A DNA stretch of 64,000 nt. Source: Vicugna vicugna. Lineage: Eukaryota. The DNA lies in NCBI GenBank assembly GCA_013265495.1, contig MU063886.1, positions 868,001 through 932,000 on the forward strand, written 5' to 3'. The position numbers and the translations under genes are program-made. Position 1 is the first letter of the stretch. Each line of letters opens with the position of its first letter. Positions 1 to 11,399 of this stretch are shown here, in pieces. The notes beneath the pieces are model-generated. The model saw nothing but the letters and a program-made list of their open reading frames with translations. It searched no databases and was not told the origin of the DNA.

Positions 1-22
1 GGGGTGGGCTGGAGGTACTTAC

Positions 23-126
23 CAGTGTAGACAGAGTTCTGAATTTGAAGGGAGCTGATGGAGTCTACCGTGACGTTTACCTCTGACTTTTCCACCCAGG
101 ACAGGGTCCTTTGCTTTTGCAGCCAC
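23..126 (-). other. Candidate spliced exon (104 nt) of an unidentified minus-strand transcript
   Basis: Minus strand reads ...tattttag|GTGGCTGC...TACACTG|gtaagta. Donor is strong, acceptor pyrimidine tract is weak. Two frames are open (WLQKQRTLSWVEKSEVNVTVDSISSLQIQNSVYT or VAAKAKDPVLGGKVRGKRHGRLHQLPSNSELCLH); neither is recognised. Confidence 0.3.
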
Positions 127-1476
127 CTAAAATATTTTTTCGTCTTCTGCTTAAATTTTTAATGACAAGGAGCGTAATTATTTTGTGAATCTTTGACCTC
201 TCCTTCCTCCTATTAGCCCTTACCCAGACCCCCAGCCAGCAGTCAGAGGAGGCTTTCACACCAGACGTACCAGGCCCGTGCGGAGAGGCGTTGCTCATAG
301 TTCCTGAGGGTGGGCTGACCCTGGGCTTGTGCCGGGGCTTGGCTGGGAGCTGGCCGTCCTCAAAGCCTCAGCTGTGCTCGCCTCTCCCTCTGTCCCTTCA
401 TCTGACCCCAAGATTCAGATTCATACCGAGCACGCTGACCCCCAAGTCACACTGCTTTCCCCTCGAGGTTTTAACACCAAGCTCTCCCAGCTGTCATGCC
501 AACATGTCACCTTAAAGTTGTTGAAAATGGACCGCTGAAGAGACTCCCCTTGCTTCCCACGTTGCTTCTCTGTCCGCAAACGCCTCTGTGACTGTCCAGA
601 CGGCATGGCCTCTAACTCTTTGAGACATGTAGGGAAGCCTCAGGGCCTCACAAGACCAGAGGTAGGAGCCACTAAGCACATGACCCATTTACTCTGAACT
701 CTGGGTGAATCAGTCGACCTTCCATAGATACTGACACTTAGATATGTCCAAATCTAGAGAGATTTAAGCTCCAACCTTCTACTTGCTTCCAGGCTAGTTC
801 ACCTTTGTCTAGGGGAATGGGGAGTCACACATTTATTTCTTGCTCGAACAGCCTTCTGGATGCTTCAGAGGTCGTCCATCATCCACTCCAAGATGGAGGA
901 GAAAGAGCAATGGTATTAACCTCACTGCTGTGCAGTCTAGCCTTTGAAACTGGACATTTTTCAAGAGGGGAACTTTAAAAACTCAGTCTCCCAATAAAGG
1001 TAGATTTTTCCATAATAACATCTGTCCTAACCACCCCCCCAAAAAAAGGCAAAGGAATTTTATCATTTCAAGAAACCTCTGCTGAAAATGTGTTTTTGTG
1101 CTTTTGAACCCTTCCTGGCTTTGCTTTTTTGCATCGCAGCCTCTCCGTAAAGACCACGGCCCTGTGACGATCAGGAAAGGCAGGGCTGTCTTCTGTGTTT
1201 TGTACAGTAACCTCGGCCGACTGAGCTTTGTGGAAGTGACAGAGCTACACCAGCACGTGCAGCCTGCCTCGCCGTGTCAGCCTGAGGTGCTCGGGGAGCA
1301 CAGGGGTCCAGGCCAGTGGGGCAGCGGTAGCGGGTCTCAGCGGGCTTCCCAGCACGGGTGCCTGTCTTTCTGTCAGTGTCTACTTACTGTGTTTCAAGTT
1401 GTCATCTCTTCTAAGCAGAAGCTTCTGACCCCAGCTTCCTAAGGACAGTAAGCGAGAGCCAAGTGAAATGATTTAA

Positions 1477-1487
1477 GGGGGCGGGGC
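1477..1487 (+). promoter_or_regulatory. GC box (SP/KLF motif)
   Basis: gggggcggggc exact consensus; motif match only. Confidence 0.25.
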
Positions 1488-1504
1488 ACAGTTTATCCTT
1501 CAGA

Positions 1505-1700
1505 TAGACCCCAGATCAGACCTACACTCACACTTCAGGGTCTGTTCAAATTCCCTGGGAAACTTGCTAAAAATACAGACTGGAGAGGCTCATCTCTAGT
1601 CTGGCTCATCTCATCTCTAGATTTGATCAGTGGCTTTGCGTGGAGCTCTAAATCTGTGTTTTAAATGTAAGATACCAACAGGTGAATCTGAGGGGGTGCT
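1505..1700. mobile_element. MER5A-like hAT-Charlie MITE fragment
   Basis: ccctgggaaacttgctaaaaatacagact...ctaaatctgtgttttaa...aggtgaatctgag resembles MER5A. Confidence 0.55.
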
Positions 1701-1934
1701 TCTAAGAGCCCACCTTGAGAGAAATGGCCTGAAGTCACAGGTATGAGAAGTAGAGTCGCAAATAAGGGCTCCTCCTGTCAGGGTCTCTGCGACGATCCTC
1801 GCCCTCCAGGCATGTTCGGTGGCCCAGTTTACACACTGAGGGAGGAGTGAGGCACCGGAGGTGAGGTCACCCCCTGCCCTCACCCTCTATTTCTAGTAAA
1901 TGATCATGTTCTATGTGCTACCCTAAAATGTATT

Positions 1935-2490
1935 ACCCCCCCGTCCACTTCTGAACGTGTCCCCATCACCACCCTGCTCAGAGCTGCTTCGGTTTTCGCC
2001 TGGGCTGCGTGTTGGAGGTCTCTTGACAGACCTCTCACTTCATTGTAACCCACTGTGTCCCACCCACTCTGCCGCTAAGACCATCTTTTCACTACGCACG
2101 CCTTCTCTATTTACAGCCTTCCCGCACCTTCCCATTTCCCTTCAGATAAAAGCCACGGTTTTGACAGGACCTGGAGGACCTAACCAGCCCCTGCAAAGGC
2201 CTCACCTCACCCCTCAGCAGCTCCCCTCCGCTCCTCACACAGCCGCGTGTCCTCCTTGCACGCGTGCCCTCCTCTTCCAGGGACACTTGTCTTTAGCCGG
2301 TGAATGCTTGAGGCTCCCCTAGAAGGGAGTCTCCTGGCCTCTCCCTCTGCGGCCTCTCCCGCCCGTACTCTCCCTGAGTCTGCCCCGCTACTTTCTTCCT
2401 AACCCTTTATCTCAGCTGAAGTTAAGTGCTTCTGTCACAGCTTGCTAAAAATGCAAGCTCTCTGGGGAACGGCAGTGCCTATCTTGTTTG
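1935..2490 (+). mobile_element. L2 LINE 3' region
   Basis: Pyrimidine-rich L2 signature, ending in ...aagctctctggggaacggcagtgcctatcttgtt. Confidence 0.65.
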
Positions 2491-2867
2491 TGGTCAAGAA
2501 CATGCCTAATCATGAGAGTCCAATTATGAGGAGGAGTTACAGGAATTAGGAGCTGGTGGGGAGGGGAGGAGGAACAGACACTGTCACTGGGCAAGTGCTT
2601 TTCCCCTACCTGGAGACAGAGAGAGAAACTAGCCCTCTAAACCCACTAGAATGAGTTCTTAAAGTGAACACTATCTTACTCCTCTTCATATATTCAGAGC
2701 CTAGGTTGGGACCTAAGTAGGCATTCGTGTGGAAGGTAGTATGACCCAGACCCAGGAGCACGTGCTCCGGAATCAGACAGATTTGAGCTCAGACTAGGGG
2801 AAGCAGGCCCCTGCTTGCAGTGAGCCCTGGAGCAGAGGTTTGTGATACGGGGCAGGGTCTTCTAAAG

Positions 2868-3092
2868 CAGGGGTTGGCAATTTTTTTTCTGTTAGAGACC
2901 AGAGAGTAAATATTCCAGGGTTTGTGGTTGAGACAGCCTCTGTTGCATCTACTTAGCACTGCCACTGTAGCACCAAGGTAGCCACAGACAGTACATGAAT
3001 GCAAGAGTGTTGTGTGTTCCAATAAAACTTTATTAACAAAAAAACAGGACAGGGTCTGGTCCTGTCCCATGGCTGGAATTTGCCAACTCCTC
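2868..3092 (-). mobile_element. MER58A hAT-Charlie MITE, full length
   Basis: TIRs caggggttggcaa...ttgccaactcctc; internal gtgttccaataaaactttatt; 8-bp TSD ttctaaag (2860-2867) / atctaaag (3093-3100). Confidence 0.9.
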
Positions 3093-3695
3093 ATCTAAAG
3101 TGTAAGGTCCAGGTTAGGGGGCCCTTTGCCCAAGCCTGAGGCTGGGTCCCTGTCAGCCCAGGCAAATCACTTGACCATAACTCTAAGCATCTAATTTCAG
3201 GACTAAGGGCTGTTCAGGCCCCACAGAGGTGCTTCTCTCTGTCTCTTCATCGAATCCAGTAAATGGAAGCTTCTAAATGCCATGGAGGCTCCTGGCTTCT
3301 GTTGCTAACATTGCTTTCCAGGGCAGGGAGGATTTGAGCAAAGGGACTGCTGAAGTAAAAGAAGAGGTGATTAACTTGTCAGCCTCTTTGTCTAATGTGT
3401 AGCATGAACGAAATGAGTTCTTCATGATGAAATGTGATTTCTCAATCATCCTCAGCATCTGTCTTGTTTTCTTCGTTCTGGAAGGCTCATAAATTAGTGT
3501 GGTCTTTGTGGTAGCTGCACATGGTGTCTGAGGAGTATTTTGCTATGATAAGCAACTGACATTATTCTGGTCTAGACCAAATGTGAATGAAGTGTGATGC
3601 TGAGTCTTTATATGAACATGAAATTTACACATACACATTTGAGCTCTAATTTTACTCTTTATTCTAGGCTGTTACACCTTTGTGAAATTAACATT

Positions 3696-4074
3696 TGTTA
3701 AGTAGCACACAGGGTACCAGATGGGGGGCTGAGGTCCAACAAGACCAAAGATAAATTGAAACAGAAGTTGATTGCTCACAGGTCCTGGAGGAAGTATACA
3801 CATGCCTTGAGAGGCCACACAGGGGAGGGAAGCCAAGGTGCAGAGAGAGACAGAGGCAACACTGGGGCAGGTACCTTCATTAGGGTCTGTGGGTGGAGTG
3901 TTGGGGGTTTCCGGCCTACAGCTGGATTGGTCAGTCCAAACCAAAAATGAAGTTTCAGTAAGCCTCATAGGGGTCTTATCTGAGGGGCGCGTAAGTCCCT
4001 GAAAGTCCCTGCAAGATGGAGGAGACTGTGGATTCATATCATTTTGGATCTTACCAAAGTGTAAGGAACTTACA
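3696..4074 (-). mobile_element. Old ERVL-type solo LTR (MER74/MER76-like)
   Basis: tg...ca ends; ttgattgctcacaggtcctggagg...ggattggtcag pattern resembles reverse ERVL LTRs. No convincing TSD. Confidence 0.45.
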
Positions 4075-4079
4075 CTCAC

Positions 4080-4226
4080 CTGTGACTCTGTGGGCTGCCA
4101 CCTGGGGCGAGTGCTTTTGTGAGTGGTGAGTGTCGGTATAAGGTCCCTGCGGCTGCTTTGGCCACGCAAAGTGGGTGCTGAGGCAGCTGTGCCATGGAGT
4201 AGCTTTGCTAGATCTCAGTCCTGACC
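4080..4226 (-). other. Candidate exon (147 nt), minus strand
   Basis: ccttccctggccctggtccaccctaatgtttgcag|GGTCAG...GTCACAG|gtgagt. Contains an ATG at 4195 opening MAQLPQHPLCVAKAAAGTLYRHSPLTKALAPGGSPQSH, which ends in phase 2. Confidence 0.3.
4095..4108 (-). promoter_or_regulatory. CTCF-core-like motif
   Basis: Minus strand GCCCCAGGTGGCAG; matches the SYAGRKGGCRS part of the CTCF core. Confidence 0.35.
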
Positions 4227-4239
4227 CTGCAAACATTAG

Positions 4240-4985
4240 GGTGGACCAGGGCCAGGGAAGGGTCATGGATGTCTCTGGGGTTTCTGATGTGATCACTTAG
4301 GTGGCAGAGGTGACAGCTAGCTTGGAATAGAGCTTTTGAAAATCCAGGTAGAGGATGTGGTGTAAAGGTTTGGATCCACGCTACTCGGGGGAGGTCTGGG
4401 TGGTCAACGATGCTTGGTAATTGAGCTGACGGATGCGGTGGAGATCTCTTAGGAAGTGGGATCAGGGAGAAAAAGGGCCTGAGACCCTGCCTTGGGGCAC
4501 AGCCCCTATTACTTCTAGGTCGGGGAGGATGTACCTGCATAAAGGATGCAGAGAAGGAGAGGTCAGGGAGGTCGAGGAAGGCTTAGAGAATGGGGGACTC
4601 AGAAAAGCTAGAAAGAGTGTCTTTAGAGGAGGTTTTGGTAAACTGTGTCACATAAGCTGAGGGCTGGATTAAAGTCCTTAGAAGTCATTTGTAATCTCAA
4701 GGTCATTTCCATGAAGTTGGAGAGTGAGGGTTGGGAAGCCTTGTTGGGACGGTGCGAGGGCTGCATGAGGCATGAGACGTGGAAACAAGGACTGTGGACA
4801 GGAAGTTCAAGGCTATGGAAAGAGAGGAGGAAACAGAGTGGTAGTTGGAGGAGGAAGTGGACCGAGAGAGGTCTTCTACTTTTAAGGATAAGAGTGACTT
4901 GCACGTGTGTAAATACTGATGGAAATTTCCCACCAGGGAGAGAGAGGTTGATGATAAGGCAGAGAAAAGAAATTACAGATGCATT
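4240..4985 (-). mobile_element. L2 LINE fragment
   Basis: Purine-rich reverse-L2 pattern, e.g. aaggataagagtgacttgcacgtgtgtaaatactgatggaa...gggagagagaggttgatgataaggcagaga. Confidence 0.7.
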
Positions 4986-5426
4986 CTAAGCTCACACGGA
5001 ATTGCTCTTTGCTAAGTCTCCCGTTCTTCAGGTGGACTTAAGAAGCAGCATGACAGTTTGCCTGGGAGCGGCGTGGCCAGGAGGTGTAAGAAAGCTGCGG
5101 CCGGCGTCCTCCCCCAGCTCCCCGGCTCTGCACAGTGTTTGGTCTTCTGACTCGGTTGCATACAAAAGAGGCTTTTGTTACTTATTCTTCAGAAAATGAA
5201 TTACATTTAAAATAGATCTCATTTTTAGATCCAGAGGCTGTAATGCTATCAGTCTGCTGGATAGAAATAGCTTGTTAGTCTCTTGGTTCACTGGCGTCTT
5301 CACAGCAGGACTTCATGTTTCACAAATGATTATATCCTGCATGGGTATCTGACATGCTCTCCGTCAGTGTTTTACTCGATTAAAAATGTTGTATTCCACA
5401 CAGAAACAGCATCCAGGGCACAGGGG

Positions 5427-5440
5427 TCTCCAGGTGGCAG
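5427..5440 (+). promoter_or_regulatory. CTCF-core-like motif
   Basis: TCTCCAGGTGGCAG in unique sequence. Confidence 0.3.
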
Positions 5441-5714
5441 AGTTTTCAGAAGAGCTGTCATTGCAAAATGAAATTTAGAATCTTAGAGATGGCACCAAGC
5501 TGGGAGATTTACATACTGTCAGGAAGTGGGACTAGCTGTCTGGAATAATTGAAAACCGTGGTAATAACATGCATTGTCCCAGGGAGTAATGTTAGGGAAT
5601 GTAATAAGCATTTTCCAGATCTGAGGGCTTTTATTTTCCATCTATTTGCCACGTGAAATGCTGCAGACCTCGCAGGGAAGTATCTTTCTTGATGTGCTTT
5701 TGTCCCCCCAATGC

Positions 5715-5940
5715 CACTGTCATCAGCCCTATTTGGAGCAATTACTGTGCTAAGTGTTCATGTGCGTTTCCTCATCTTACCTTCGTAACAGTCTTGAGAG
5801 GTCATGTTTTCATGCCGGGGAGGAGGAAGCTGAGGCGCAGAACGGTAAACTGCTTCCCTCAATGTCACACACACCGTGAGTAAGCGGTGGAGTCTGGATA
5901 TCAGCTCAGGCAGGAGTACTGCAGTCCTCACGTTTAACCT
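5715..5940 (-). mobile_element. MIR SINE
   Basis: Reverse MIR core: ttactgtgctaagtgttc...gaggaagctgaggcgcagaacggtaaactgcttccctcaatgtcacac. Confidence 0.8.
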
Positions 5941-6584
5941 CTTTTTTGCCCCTTAAAAGATGAAAGGATTTTAGCTTCTGCTCTCAGGGAGCTTAAGATC
6001 TGATTGGAAATATTTGATATGTGTACACACAACTTTTCCAGGAGAAGGGTTTATTAAGTAGAATAACAGGTGATCGGGAGTTTACGAAAACAAGGACTTG
6101 CTCTCAAGAGGTGTGGAGGGGCGTGCTCTCAAGACTGGCGCATCATCAGTCCTCAGAGCTGAGCTACTGGTGGAACTGACTGACAGGGGGGAGTGAAGGA
6201 TACTCACGGTGAAAGACTAGTGAGGGCAGGCAAAGCAAGGTCGGGATGGAGGCCACGTCCGGGGAGCAGCGGCCAGTCCTGTCTAACTGATGTGTGTGTG
6301 TAATAGCATTGAGAAGGCCCGCCTGAGTCGGAGCGGGGAGGTGTCTGACAGCAGGAGGATGGAACCCTTCCGCCCCATACATTCTGGAAATGGTATAAAG
6401 ACTGGAATTGAGTTGGATAAAAAGGTGACTGGCCTGGAAAAGCCAGTTCAGCTTCTACCACCCAGAGGAAAGAGGTCCCACTCAGATGCTATGACTAGTA
6501 AATAGTAATCATAATAACAATTTAAAAAGGTTTGACCTTGCTCCTTTCATCATGAAGTTAGAAATGAAGCCCCGCCCTTTCTCT

Positions 6585-6760
6585 AGCACAGTGACTTTCA
6601 GCCCTGGCTGTGTATTAGAATTAGCTGGTGAGATGCTGAATTCCTCCACTTTGGTGGGTGGCACTCTGGACTGACTCAGACTCTCTGGGAGTGGGAAACA
6701 AGCAGCAGTGCTTCTCAGAGTTCCCCGGGCGACCCCGACACGCAGTGCAGGCTGAGTGCT
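6585..6760. mobile_element. MER5A/B-like MITE
   Basis: cagtgactttcagccctggctgtgtattagaattagctggtgag...ccccgggcgaccccgacacgcagtgcaggctgag. Confidence 0.65.
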
Positions 6761-7084
6761 GTGTCGTTGGCGGGTCCCTCCCTTGCTAGCAAACTCACTG
6801 ATCAGTCACCGCAGCAGTCAGGGCTAGTGACTCCAGTGATAGTTGTGCTGGAAACAGAAAATGAGCTGATGTGGGGAAAAGTGAGGAGACACATCTGCTG
6901 TTAAATATTCTCAAGTTAGCAAGTGTGAGTGGGGATTGGATGCTCCTCCAAGGGGGGCTCTGTTTGTCACTCTGCTGTCCTCTTTGGGTACTGTTTCCTG
7001 AAAATAGCAGGTGCAGAATGAACACTGGAATCTGGAAGTCAACCAGGGGTTTGGAACCAGGGTTTTACATGCTTGTGAGATAGG

Positions 7085-7360
7085 TCAGTCTCGTTAAGAT
7101 TCAGATGTCATCTGTAAGTCATTTAGTAGAGAGAAGAGGGGAAAGGGCTGATGATGCCGTAATGGGACATGTTGATAAGAAAGGGAAAGGATAAAGGAAA
7201 AGAACCATGGAAGAGAGTTACTGATGGAGAAGAGCAGAATATGCAAAGACAAGAAGATAGAAAAGAGGCCCATGGAGTCAGCTCTGTGAAGTGTTGCAGA
7301 AAGGTTAAAAAACAGAAGACGAGGTCTAAGGAGTAAAAAGCTGAGGGCTTTGGTGAATGT
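7085..7360 (-). mobile_element. L2 fragment
   Basis: Purine-rich reverse-L2 pattern. Confidence 0.5.
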
Positions 7361-7389
7361 GGGATAGAAAGAAGTATTATTTTTAAAAC

Positions 7390-7975
7390 TATACAAAGAT
7401 TATTGTTCATTGTAGAAAAAATTAAAAATTATAATAATCAAAACAAAAACCAATCACTCATAATCCCACAACTCAAACATTTAATATTTATCATTTTCCC
7501 CAAATATCTTTTTTTTTTGGTAAACAAAAATAGGGCATTATTTACCTGGTAATATGAAATCTGTTTTTTTCATAAACAATATGATCTGGAATATTTTTCC
7601 ATGCCAGTGAATATACACAAATACTAATTTAAAATGACTACAAGTTTTTCTGGTTGTGATAGAGCTACTATAATTTATTTAATCACTTCTTTATTGGCAA
7701 TTTCTAACTTTTTGCATTTTAAACATTTTTATTCATGTGCGCTTATACATGTGTTTATTTCCTTCGACTAAATTTCTAGGTGTAAAATTTTTACTAGGAA
7801 AGTATACAATTGGTTACTTCTTCGTTTGCTCAACAATAGTGGAAATATTCCTTCTGTATCTTTAAAATGTGTCGGGTGAAAAATGGTAGTCCGACGGTGC
7901 TTGCTTTTGCTTTTCGTTGATTCCTAATTACGCTATGTTTTTTCATATGTGGGTAGGACATTTGCATTTCCTCTT
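7390..7975 (-). mobile_element. Old L1 (L1ME-type) 3' region
   Basis: AT-rich decayed L1 3'UTR/ORF2 pattern (ttttccatgccagtgaatatacac...tttcatatgtgggtaggacatttgcatttcctc). Confidence 0.65.
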
Positions 7976-8390
7976 TTGTACAGTTTTTGAGTCTCCTCTG
8001 CAGTCTTCCCACTCAGCGTGGTTTGGTCTTCCAGGAATACTGCCCACTTATTGTGCAGGACATTGTCCTTCACATACATGGAGCAGGTGTGCTTGGTCAC
8101 TTCCTCATCTCAGTCCACCTTCCCTATTTTCCAGGGTTGGAATCATGTTCTCCCTTATTTTCTATTTCTTTGGACGTTTAAAAGGGAGCTGGATGGAGAG
8201 ATGACGCGGGGAGGATTCTCTGAAAGGTGGTGAGGGAGAGAATGGTGGCTCAGCTCCTGAGTGAGGAAGCAGGATTGCTCAGGAAAAAGGGCAGCTTCAC
8301 GGAGCCCTAGGGGGGACGATGCCTCACTGACCTGTTGATGCGTGGGCCAGAAAGCCCTGGCCCTTAAACTCTCACCTTATAGAATGAGTA

Positions 8391-8585
8391 CCATCTCTGG
8401 ATTTAGTAAATAAAAATCAAAGATGCCCAATTAAATGTAAAATTGCAGATAAAAATGAATACTTAAAAAATATGATTATGTCCCTAATATTGCATGGGAT
8501 GTACTTATATTTGAAAAGAAAAAAACTACACTGTTTACCTGGAGGTCAAATTTAAGTGGGTGTGTTATTTTTATCTGACGTGGGC
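8391..8585. mobile_element. MER53 palindromic hAT MITE
   Basis: gatttagtaaataaaaatc..gatgcccaattaaat...tatgtccc...gggatgtacttat...aaatttaagtggg...ttttatctg. Self-complementary arms match my recollection of MER53. Confidence 0.8.
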
Positions 8586-9453
8586 AGCGGGAGATGTAGG
8601 CACCTGGGAAAGGTGTGAAGTCAGAGGAGGTGGCTCAGCCGGGCCAGCCCAGAAGGAGCCTACTGGCCCCACACCTCGTATCTGGAGGAAACTCTCTCTG
8701 AGGTATCTGGGTGTCACATTTCTAGGTCCAAAGGAGTTAAACATGCAGCTCCAGTCCTGAGCCGGTAGTCGTCAGAGAACAGCTTCAATTGATTGTCAGT
8801 AAGAGAAACCAAGGTTGGGGAAAAAGTCTAGGAGTTCATAAGTGACTGGACAGAGAAAGCAGCGAGTACATACTAGGTTTTCTAAGTGGTTTGGGGAAAA
8901 GTACTGTCAGGAGAAACAGAACGCGAGCACTAGGAAACCATACAGCTGGGGGAGATCTGTGACGCTTGTAGCAGAAGGAGGGTGGATTGAAAGTGTTCAG
9001 TACAGGACAGGGTAACTCTTAAAGCAGATTCCAAAAGGACGTTGTCAGCTTTGCCAGTGAGGACAGTCCTTTTTCTGGAATAAAGGATTGTTGAGCGTGA
9101 GCTTAACCTCAGCATGTCTGTCTGCTTCCTATGAACTGAACGTGGGTGATGTATAGATCATGGTTCCCTTTCTCTAAGAAGCTTATCATCTAGTTGGAGA
9201 GAAAATTCATACATGGAAGGATAAATAACCATCCAGGAAACACAAGCTAAATGTCATCTTGGGTCCAGGCAAAATCGACTACAATCCAAGTCAAGGCCTG
9301 CTGTGAGCTAGAGGAGTGGAGAAGGGGTCACCAAGAAGGGTGGACTTCAGCTGGGTCTTGAATAGGAAGGTGCGTAGTGTGGGAAAGTGGGACATAAGTT
9401 CCAGGCAGGAGTGTTGGCTTCTGACAGTCAGTGGTTTGGCTGGAGTGACTTAC

Positions 9454-9516
9454 CTGTCCTGAGGATGAGCGCTGACTGTTACACATGACATGGTCCACCT
9501 CTACCTTGTGATAAGC
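9454..9516 (-). other. Candidate exon (63 nt; 260 nt if the acceptor at 9714 is used)
   Basis: Perfect donor CAG|gtaagt at 9454/9453. Acceptors ggctctcgcag (9517) or ttcattgtttcag (9714). The 63-nt form reads AYHKVEVDHVMCNSQRSSSGQ in phase 0-0. Confidence 0.2.
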
Positions 9517-9989
9517 CTGCGAGAGCCCCGGGTCATCTTGGAATCCGTGGTTGAATTTCTACCAATGTCTAATCGCTTTTGAATGAGAGTTAATAGGCTT
9601 AGGTTTCTAGTCCTTTATTCCCGTAAGAATGGATGAAATTTCAACGGTTCCAGCAAAGAGGACAGTGTGAGGCTTGCACTGTATGTGGGCTGTCGGCTAA
9701 CAGTGCTCATTTCCTGAAACAATGAACTGACGTGAAAGGAAGCCTTCAAGAGGTCCCTGAGCTGTGTGGAGGCCCCCTGTGCCACAGGACTAGTTTGGGC
9801 ATTCATGAATACAGAATGAGAACAAGAGGTAATTTAACTTAATGAACTGAGAAAGTGTTTCAAGACCCCTTGAGTTCTCCTCAGCCTAGGAGTTACTGCC
9901 AGCTAAAAGTAGACACGATTTAATGATTTTTTTTCTCTTTTTAAATTTTTAACTCATTACAATTCTCTATCCAAATTAGTGTCTTAAGA

Positions 9990-10200
9990 TAGATCTTGCC
10001 CTGATACTGCCAGACTAATCTTCCTTAATTACAGCTTTTATTGCATTGTTTTCCTGCTTATAAACCCTCAATGGCTCCCTATTTCCTACTATAAAGTCTT
10101 CTTGATTTACAAAATTGCCATCATCTCTCTGGTTTTGCTTCACATGCCAACTGTATTCCTTCCTAAGCCCTGAAACACACCGAGTCCACTTGACAAGCTG
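9990..10200 (+). mobile_element. L2 fragment
   Basis: ctgccagactaatcttcctta...aaaccctcaatggctccctatttcctac is typical L2. Confidence 0.6.
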
Positions 10201-11399
10201 CCTGCATGCAGTGTTGCTTTAACAGTGAGCCATGGGGAGCATGCTCAGGGCCTCGACATTGAACTTGCGCCCAGTCATATTTTCACAAGGAGCACCCTGA
10301 TAACTTGGTCAGATTTTACTTCCGTGGCATCACCGCAGCTGTAATTTCATGGTCTTGAAAACCCCCTCCTACCTTCTCGAGAATTTTAATTATCTACCTC
10401 CCTGCCTATTAGCTGGAATTTTCTCCCAATCAGTGGGGCTTTGATTGTGCATATCTAGCAAAGCCTCTTTTTTCTTTCCGTAGCAGATTTGATCAGCCTT
10501 TACAAAAACTAAACAGCTTGTGTTTTGTCAACATCAATTCCCAGTTTAGATGAGAATCATTAGTGGCAGAGCAAGTGCTATTTGGCTGAGCAGTGATAAT
10601 TAAAGCAGCAAACAGGGACCTGCGTGATTCTGTCCATGTTTTGCATGGATAATGGAAGACATGTCACAAGGGCTTTAGAAATGATGATAACTTGAGCTCA
10701 GCCGTGCATCCTCACCACATACTTGAGAGCCAGATCATGTTACCGAAAGGACCTAAAAATCAGGAAGACACCTCATCAACACCAGAAACACGGAAGAGTT
10801 CCATCAACATGTTTTAAGTGCAAAGTATTTCTGAGAGAGTACAGGGGAAGTGACAAAGGATACAAAGTCACAATTCCCCTTGTTTAGGAAATGTGAGGGT
10901 TGGCAGTGGAGAATGGTTTACCAGCTGTCCAGAAATAGAAAGGCCTGCCTTGATGTTCAGTGTAGATATTTGCTATGGCCAGTTTCAATCAAAGTAGACA
11001 TGGGGAGAGAGGCACAGATGTGGCTCTTGAGAGCCTGCTTAAGTCACACTGCTGTGTATTTTGGGAAATCAGCCTAAGTGTGGCTCGAAATAGCCTCTAA
11101 ACTGGATGTGGAGGTGTGAGGGTGTGAGGATGTGGAGCTTGGACAGGAGGCCAGGAGGAGATGGATGTCAGCTCCTCAGACCCCTTACATTGCCAAGATC
11201 CACAGGTTCCAGGAGCATCTGTGCTTGGGGTGCAGAAGCAAGTCAGCCTGAGAATAAGCACAGAAGGGCTGTTAATACAATAACCAAGGTAGGACCAGGT
11301 TTACCGGTTGTCACATTAAGAATGCAAACAGGTTAAACTTGTGAGCAGAAGGTAGAATTCTCAGATTGGTTGACAAGGCAAATTTCAGCTGGATCTTGT

